The notes beneath the pieces were generated by a model. The model was not told the origin of the DNA. It searched no databases and saw only the letters and a program-made list of their open reading frames with translations. DNA of 64,000 nucleotides from the human T2T-CHM13v2.0 reference genome, Homo sapiens, in NCBI GenBank assembly GCA_009914755.4, contig CP068257.2, positions 35,744,001 to 35,808,000 of the forward strand. Reading direction: 5' to 3'. Shown here piece by piece: positions 1 to 7,095 of the stretch (positions are counted from its first letter, which is position 1; each line of letters opens with the position of its first letter). A program made the position numbers and the translations under genes.

Positions 1-152
1 TGAGGCAGGAGAATCTCTTGAACCTGGGAGGCGGAGGTTCCAGTGAGCTGAGATCACACCACTGCACTCCAGCCTGGGCCACAGAGGGAGACTCTGTCTA
101 AAACAACAACAACAAAACCAAAACAAACCACAAACAAAAAACCAAAAACCCC
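1..152 (+). mobile_element. Alu, 3' portion cut by the window edge, with an A/C-rich tail
   Basis: Matches the Alu right arm (gcaggagaatc...cactgcactccagcctggg...gactctgtct), followed by an (AAC/CAAAA)n tail. Confidence 0.85.
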
Positions 153-883
153 AAATACTTCTCTGCTTTCCCAAATAGGCATCAGATAGATATACACAGG
201 CAGGGCACAAATACACAACAAACATATTTTTAAAAAGTCACAAAATGTCCAAATAAATGCAAATAAAAATAAGAGGGTGTGGCAGGGTGTAGGAAAAAGC
301 CATTGTCACACATTACTTTTAGGGAGTGCATATTGGTGGAATCACTTCTGAGGAATATTTTGGTAACATGAATCAAAAGCTTTTTAAGGACGCATACTTT
401 TATCTGAAGGAGATAATTGGACAGGTGTGTAAAATGGATGTAGGACATGTTTATACAACTTTATCTGTAGTAACAACAACAACAAAAAGGAAAAACTTCC
501 TTAAAAAATAGAGGAGCAGGTAAACAAATTATGGCCTATTCAACTGATGGAATACTAGTAGCTGTTAAAATGATTATCTAAATTTCAGTTGATTAACACT
601 AAAATGTGCTCATAGTATAATTGTAAGTAAAAACGGCATGAAACATATCTGCAGTGTTGTATGTGGGTGAATGTACTCATGTCTCCCTAAGAAAATCTGG
701 AAGGACATATGCTAATATGAAAATACCAATAAGGTTTTTTTTTTTTTTTTCCTGGGTGATATCTACGAGTAATCATTCCCTCTTCATTGTTTTCCATATT
801 GTAAAATCGTCTGTAATGACCATGCATGACTGTTACATTTTGTTTTTGGACCTTAGGTACAAAGAATTAAGAATTAACTCCTC

Positions 884-1193
884 GGCCAGGCGTGGTGGCT
901 CACACCTGTTACCCCAGCACTTTGGGAGGCTGAGGAGGCAGGATGGCTTGAGTCTAGGAATTTGAAACCAGCCTGGTTGACACAGAAAAACCTCATCTCT
1001 ACAAAAAATACAAAAAGTTACCCAGGCGTGGTGGCATGCGCTTGTAGTCTCGGCTACCCAGGAGACTGAGGTGGGGAGGATTGCTTGAGCCTGGGAGGTG
1101 GAAGCTGCTGTGAACTGTAATCTTGCCACTGCACTCCAGCCTGGGCAACGGAGTGAGACCCTATCTCAAAAAAAAAAAAAAGGAAAAAAAAAA
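884..1193 (+). mobile_element. Full-length Alu with A-tail and about 11-bp TSD (aagaattaact)
   Basis: ggccaggcgtggtggctcacacctgt ... ctccagcctgggcaacggagtgagaccctatctc(A)n; the direct repeat gaattaact flanks both ends. Confidence 0.92.
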
Positions 1194-1323
1194 GAATTAA
1201 CTTCTTATTTCATAGCATACTACCATTGTCAGTTTATAGAAGGCCTTTTTCTTGTTTTAATTAATTTTGTTTCTTTGTAATCTGTTTTAGATAACGAATT
1301 ACCTTAAAAATAAGAATAAACAA

Positions 1324-1703
<380 letters not shown>

Positions 1704-1944
1704 TCAGATGCCACGCCATGCCACTGTCTAGGGACCAAATGCAAATTGTTCACCTTCTCGCTTGGCGTGAGGAGCATTGATAGGAATACTGGTTTGCTTG
1801 TTTGTCCTTGGAATATTTATTTGGGTTATAACTCTCAGCGAGATTCCAACTACTGGACTTTCAGGCTTAGAATAGTGCCTCACCAGGAGTGGTCACTAAC
1901 GGATATGAAGCCAACCAAAAGAAACCACCATCTTGGCACGCATC

Positions 1945-2335
1945 TGTGTGTTAGTTTCCCTTAGTGCCACTACAAAGTACAAACAACTAGGTGGCTTAAA
2001 CAACAGAAATGTACTGTCTTGAATTTCTGGAGGCCAGAAGTCCAAAATCAAGATGTTGGCAGGGTTGGTTCCCTCTGATGGCCGTAAGACAAAATCTGTT
2101 CCATGCTTCTTTGTCAGCTTCTGGTAGCCTCAGGTGTGCCTTGGTTTGTAGATGGCCACCTTCTCCTGGTGTCTGTACGTTCTTCCCTGTGTTCGTTTGT
2201 CTTGGTCCAAATTTCTCCTTTTTATAAGGGCAGCAGTCATTTTGGATTAGGGTTCAATCTAGAGACCCAACTCGATTACCTCTGTGAAGACTCTAACTCC
2301 ATATAATCTTGAATCATCTTGGTGTGGTAGAAAGA
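1945..2335 (-). mobile_element. ERVL/MaLR-type solo LTR (MLT-like), old. Strand is given relative to my recollection of the consensus orientation
   Basis: Hallmark motif ...ggcttaaacaacagaaatgtactgtcttgaatttctggaggccagaagtccaaaatcaag... then ...ttataagggcagcagtcattttggattagggtt... Begins TGT as LTRs do. Confidence 0.55.
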
Positions 2336-2337
2336 AC

Positions 2338-2530
2338 ATGGGCTTTGCAATTATACCTGTGTTTGAATCCTGGCTTCACCACTTACTGGTGAGTGGTGAC
2401 TGCCTTGAGAAAGTCATGTAATCACTCAGGACTTGTTTTCTCATCCACATAATGGGGATGTAATGTTGCTGTGAGGATTAGAGATACTCTAGAACATGCT
2501 GGGTAAGTGGAGGCTGTTACTACCTATGAG
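2338..2530 (+). mobile_element. MIR SINE fragment
   Basis: gaatcctggcttcaccacttactggtgagtg...ctcatccacataatggggatgtaat...gctgtgaggattagagat matches the MIR core (ggctctgccacttactagctgtgtgacc...cctcatctgtaaaatgggg...gttgtgaggattaaatgag). Confidence 0.6.
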
Positions 2531-3377
2531 CTGAGGGCCTTTGCTTTTCAAGGTGAACAGTCTATGAATAAACACATCTGTAAGTGAATCTAATGGGAAG
2601 ATTCTTAGATGACAAGGATTTCATCTGTGAACCAGGTCAGCTGGCATCTATACCAGAGTCCTTCCGGCCTACATGTGGTCACTTGTTTGGAGCCAGCTGT
2701 AATTCACAGGTTACGTTTTTAGGTGAAGCCTGTATAAAACCATTTTACAGCATTCCAACCTGGATATGACATTCATTGACCAATGTTGTCTAAGGCTGTC
2801 ACACTGGGGAGAAAAGGGGTGCAGCCTTCTAGATACGAAGACCAGCAATGCCTTCTATACCCGCATGTTTATAATCTCAAGATTCTGCCCCACTCCGATA
2901 TCTTCTAGGTTGATTTGAACTGAAGACAAGGACACATATCTTGAGACATTATCATATTCTGTTCAGGTTACCTGGAAGATTAACTATACAAGTTTCTTCC
3001 ATTACCAGGAATAAAAATTTGAGTCAAATTTAATTTAGTATTAAAGGTTGCAAATGCTGATGTGCTCTGATAGAAGCGAAAGCTTGGTGAATGGGGTGGG
3101 ATGGGGTGGGGGCAGGAAGGAGACCCACAAGCAGAGAGGAAGAAGTTGGTTGTATAGGTGGAAGCTTGAGCTTGGGAGGAACCAGGTAGGGACCTCTCCT
3201 CTGAATAAGGGGCGCTCTGGGCCACTTCCTCTTTCTTCAAAACAATTAAGTTGACCGTGGACCTTAATCACACTAGCAGGGCAATTTTGAAACAATAATC
3301 CGAAAGAACTTTTGCCAGCTACGGCAACTTTTTTATATCATGGAGATCAGCCTGAAAGCAAGCTATTTGCCCGACCA

Positions 3378-3530
3378 CTTTTTGACCAATTTATTTTCGG
3401 TTTAGTCAGGTTTCTTCCAAGTCTGTGCTAATCTGAATGGTTACCTTAGTAATTACTTTTTGACTAATTTATTTTCGGTTTAGTCGGATTTCTTTCAAAG
3501 TCTGTGCTAATCTGAATGGTTACCTTAGTA
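3378..3530. repeat. Tandem duplication, about 76-bp unit x2 (copies 3378-3451 and 3452-3530)
   Basis: acttttgaccaatttattttcggtttagtcaggtttcttccaagtctgtgctaatctgaatggttaccttagta repeats directly with a few substitutions (ttgactaattt...tagtcggatttctttcaaag...). Confidence 0.9.
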
Positions 3531-4778
3531 TATCAATGTCCTAGTAACTGTAGCAAGGACATTTTTGCTGGAAATCATTTAAAGCAGGTGTATTTGAGTC
3601 ATGTAGCATAGACAGCGGCATTTACTGCGAGTTTTTTACATCTAATATTGTTTATAAGATTTTATCTGTTGTCACATTTGTGAAATTTATGAAAAAAATT
3701 GGTTACGAACACTATCACAAGGTGGCAAAATCAAGCTTAGAAATCAATTAGTGACTCTGCTGTAAAATAGTATATATATACACACACACTCTTTTTAGGT
3801 ATACATTTATTAAATGCCATTAGAGTTGGTACAAAATACAATTTTTAGCTGGTGGCTCTCTACCGATTACAACGCAGCCAGCACAGCATACTTGGGTTTT
3901 CAAGCCTCGGGAGCTCACCCAGCAATACATAGCTAGGGAGAAGGGGTAGGGAGAATAAAAATCAGCGAAAGCCAGGATATTAATAAAGAGTTTTGATGGT
4001 TAAGGACAAGCAGGCGAATTAAGACTCTGGAAACCGAGAAGGTGTATAGAAAAGAAAACCAGAGAGCTGGACGACAAGGACACAGTAACAGCACAAGGGG
4101 ATTCATCTAAAGGGCATTCCGATGGAGCAGGCAGGCTGCGCCCCGAAAGGTGGGGAGAGGTTGGAAGCAGATGGGCAGGCACAGGCGAGCGTGCACTGCC
4201 TGAAAAAGTTTTCATGATGGCTCCAGCCTAATTTCCCAACGCTGGTCTCGGGCGCCACAAAACCTGGGCGGCCCGACCGGAGCCAGGTGCCAGCCTCAGG
4301 GCCGCCGGGCCCGGCGCAGCGTCCGGAATTCCTGCGATGTCTGGGGCGCGGCGGTGGCTCCTCCCCGCCCCCACCACGGCCTCCGCCGGCATTTTCCGGC
4401 TAGGAGGCCCGCCAGCCCTTCGAAGAACCGGCTCCACGCGCGGACGGTCGCGGCCGCCGCGCTTCCCGGGGAGAGAGGCGAGCGCGGCGCCCGGACCGCG
4501 GTGAGAGCCCTCCAGGCCCGGGCGCGCGGGGTGGGCTTCCCGGGTCCCCGCCCGAAGGCCGCGGCGCCCCTCCTCCTCCCCCTCCCCCGCCCGGGGCAGC
4601 CCGCCCCTCCCCCCGGCGCGGGCGGGGCTGCGGGCGCCGACGCGGAAGCGCGGGGCGCTAGGGCTGCGGGGGCGGCGGCGCGGGAGGCCGCGCGCGCTCC
4701 CCGGGCCGCAGTCGGCGCGGGCGCGGGGCGGGGCGGGGCGGCCGGGAGGCGGCGGGCGATCGCGCACAGGCCTGGCCG

Positions 4779-4848
4779 CCGCCTCGCCCCCCCTTCCCCA
4801 GCCCCTACCCTCCCTCGGCCTAGCCGTCCCCCTCCTCTCCCCTCCCCC
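4779..4848. repeat. About 70-bp polypyrimidine (C/T) tract
   Basis: gcctcgcccccccttccccagcccctaccctccctcggcctagccgtccccctcctctcccctccccc. Confidence 0.8.
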
Positions 4849-4904
4849 GGGCGAATCACGCGCCCTCCTCTGACACTCGTAGCGGACCCGAGCTCCGAAT
4901 TTAT

Positions 4905-5180
4905 CCTTCACGTGACCTGAGGGGGTTGGGTGGTTGGCTGGGGACAGAGGGGGAGACGGAAAGGAGGGAACGGAATCTGCCGTTACCTGAGCAACAGGCC
5001 CCGCCCGCCGGCTCGGGGCTGGGGGGCGGGAGGAGGACGTCAGCACGTCAGCCGGGGTTTTGCGTTTTGATTGACAGTTGCTATAGCGACCGGGTCGGTC
5101 CGTCGCCATTTTGTTGGTTGGTTTTTTTTTAAACCCTTTCGCTTCCCGCCCGAATAATAATAAAAAGCCCCATTGGAGTG
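4905..5180 (+). promoter_or_regulatory. Candidate core and proximal promoter motif cluster, TATA-less
   Basis: E-box palindrome tcacgtga (4908-4915); Sp1 GC boxes (4998-5012, 5021-5030); tandem CRE-like ggacgtcagcacgtcagcc (5035-5053); exact PBX-MEIS consensus tgattgacag (5068-5077); X-box-like near-palindrome gttgctatagcgac (5077-5090); YY1-like cgccatttt (5104-5112); inverted CCAAT ccattgg (5169-5175). Confidence 0.5.
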
Positions 5181-5298
5181 AGGCGGGGGTGGCGGCGGCA
5201 ACCGCGGCGGGGGTATCCGGGGAGACTGCTGCTGTCGCTGCTGCTGATCGCGGCCCAGGTCGGCCTCAGAGAGCGGACACCCCGAGCGGGGGGTGCGG

Positions 5299-5368
5299 GC
5301 GCCGCCGCCGCCGCTTCTGCTGCTGCTGTTCCTGCTGCTGCTGTTGGTGCCGCTGCCGCCGCCGGCGA
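5299..5368. repeat. Imperfect (GCN)n triplet repeat: (GCC)n-(GCT)n-(GCC)n
   Basis: gcgccgccgccgccgcttctgctgctgctgttcctgctgctgctgttggtgccgctgccgccgccggcg. Confidence 0.9.
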
Positions 5369-5381
5369 GCAGGCGGGACCG

Positions 5382-5473
5382 GTGTGAGTGCGAGTGTGTG
5401 TGCGAGGGAGCGTGTGCGAGGGCGATTGTGCGCGCGAGTGTGCGGGTGTGTGCGAGTGTCTGTCTGTCTGTGC
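5382..5473. repeat. Alternating purine-pyrimidine (GT/GC) tract with Z-DNA-forming potential
   Basis: gtgtgagtgcgagtgtgtgtgcgagggagcgtgtgcgagggcgattgtgcgcgcgagtgtgcgggtgtgtgcgagtgtctgtctgtctgtgcgg. Confidence 0.8.
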
Positions 5474-6255
5474 GGGGACTCGGGGGCGGGCGGTTCGGGC
5501 TCTCCTGGCGGAGGAGCCGCCGCCGCCGCCCGGGCCCCGGCGCTTCTCGCTGCGCAGGTTCGGAGCGCGCGCCATTTTGTGAGATTTACAAAATCCTCCT
5601 CGGGAAGAAGCCGCCGGCAGCAGCCGCCGCTCGGCGCCCGGCCTCGCCGACGCCGCCCTCTGCGCCGGGCCGGGCCGTGCGGCCCCGCCGCCTGGAATCG
5701 GGGCCCGGGGACTGCGGTATTTGCCGGGGAGGGGGCTGTCGCCTCCCCGGCCCCGGGCGCCGCTGGAACCGCGAGCCGAGGAGAGACTGAGCAGGCTGCG
5801 GCGCGGCCAGGAGCCGGAGCGCCGGGGGCGGAGAGAGGCTGCCGGGGCGGCGCTGGCTGCGGAGGCCGCGGCGGGAGCGCGGCGCGGGAGCCCGAGGCTG
5901 AGACTCACCGGAGGAAGCGGCGCGAGCGCCCCGCCATCGTCCCGGTGAGTGTCCGGCCCGGCCGCGGCCCCGCCCGGCCTGGCGCTCGGCTCCCCCGGCG
6001 GCCCGCAGCCGGGCCGGAGCCGAGGCCGGCCGGGCGGAGGGAGGGACCTGCCATTTTAGGAGGAGGCGCCGCGGGCCCAGGGCCGGCCGCCGGGGGAGGG
6101 AGCCTCAGGCCGGGTCCCGGAGGAGCGGCGGGCGCGAGCGGAGGGAAAGTTGCGGAGGGTGGGAGCGGGGGCCGCGGCCTCCCGGGAGCCGGGGCCTGGG
6201 GGTCCGTAGACAGCGCCAGACCTTCACTGGCCGCCCGAGCGAAGGGGTGGAGGTT

Positions 6256-6333
6256 GTCTTCCTCCTCCTCCTCCTCCTCTTCCTCCTCATCCTCTTCCCC
6301 CAGCTCCTCCCTCGTCCCTCCTCTCGGTCCCCA
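6256..6333. repeat. (CCT)n-rich polypyrimidine tract
   Basis: tcttcctcctcctcctcctcctcttcctcctcatcctcttcccccagctcctccctcgtccctcctctcggtcccc. Confidence 0.85.
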
Positions 6334-6418
6334 CCAGTGTGGGAACCGCCGGGGTGATTCGCAAGGACAATGCACGGGTTAAGAAAATGGGGCCGGCTGC
6401 CGGGTGGGCGAGGACGGC

Positions 6419-6448
6419 GGGGCCGGGCCGGGCCGGGCCGGGCCGGGC
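6419..6448. repeat. (GGGCC)6 pentanucleotide repeat; G-quadruplex motif on the + strand
   Basis: ggggccgggccgggccgggccgggccgggc, six G3+ runs separated by CC. Confidence 0.9.
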
Positions 6449-6989
6449 GCCGGCGAAGGTCGGGAGCCGCTGCCTCGGCGGCCCTGGGGGTCCGCGCTGG
6501 AGCGAGGGGCACTCACTGGCCTCCGAAGTTGGGCGGGGAGCGCGAGTGTCCCCGGCGGCTCGGGGTGGAGGGATGACCTGCCCGGCAGCCGGGGGAGTTG
6601 GTGGCTGAGGAGAGGTGAATTAGAATAGATACCTGTGTATCGCCACAAAACTTCACCAGTCTATTTATAGGCACAAACCCACTCTCGCTTCGGAGCCACC
6701 AAAGCTGCTGAGTAGCTCAGTACTTGGCGAAAGGCTCCTCCCTAATCTGAAATAGTTAAAAATGGTAAAATTAGTGAGTCAGTGACTCTGGTTACTTGCC
6801 TGTGCCTTTCGCCCAACCCTAGGTGACACGAATCCCATAATCTGGGCGCAGCGCAGGAATGCTAGCACCATTTGGTTCTTGAATTCCGCCCAAATTGTCA
6901 GAAAATACGCCTTAGAACGTTGTTTTCACAAGTGCCAGGCTCTGTTTTTAGGGTTTTCAGTGGATCGACCAGCTTGCCCAGCCGGTAGG

Positions 6990-7095
6990 AACTGTTCCCA
7001 TTTTATAGATGAGGAGAGTGAGTCTGGAGAGGGGCACTGACTGGTCTAAGGTCATACAGCTGGGACTCCAGGAGCCAGAAGGCTGTAGCCAGTCT
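6990..7095 (-). mobile_element. MIR SINE fragment (antisense)
   Basis: cccattttatagatgaggagagtgagtctggagaggggcactgactggtctaaggtcatacagctgggactccaggagccagaa is the reverse complement of the MIR core (cccattttacagatgaggaaactgaggctcagagaggttaagtgacttgcccaaggtcacacagc). Confidence 0.65.

Larger units (their letters stand above)
5100..5944 (+). other. Putative non-coding first exon (5' UTR) ending at the splice donor CCG|GTGAGT. The 5' boundary (TSS) is not determinable from sequence
   Basis: No ATG on the + strand anywhere in 4339-6369, whereas the minus strand has several; strong donor consensus ggtgagtgtcc at 5945; upstream promoter motifs; no ATG means no CDS start in this exon. Confidence 0.35.
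4225..6610. promoter_or_regulatory. CpG island of about 2.4 kb; promoter plus first exon region of an unidentified gene
   Basis: Very high GC and CpG density (e.g. gcgcggcggtggctcc, cgcggccgccgcgc) against CpG-depleted, AT-rich surroundings; contains GC boxes (ccccgcccgcc, ggggcggg). Confidence 0.9.

Noticed and set aside
5903-5910. Minus-strand GGTGAGT donor as the real exon boundary, i.e. a gene on the minus strand
   Set aside because: I did not reject it outright; it is kept as a finding. I rank it below the + strand model because upstream ATG depletion is specific to the + strand and the recognisable promoter motifs lie 5' of the + strand exon.
5111-6382. Six-frame ORF of 423 aa (and the overlapping 293-aa, 259-aa, 188-aa and 165-aa ORFs on both strands) across the CpG island
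   Set aside because: The ORF track's 'M' here sits on a TTG, GTG or CTG codon, not an ATG; there is no ATG anywhere in 4339-6369 on the + strand. The translations are low-complexity (poly-Ala, poly-Ser, poly-Arg, poly-Pro) as expected from GC-rich repeats (GCN, CCT, GGGCC) that happen to lack AT-rich stop codons. Long ORFs open in several frames and on both strands at once is the signature of compositional artefact, not of coding sequence.
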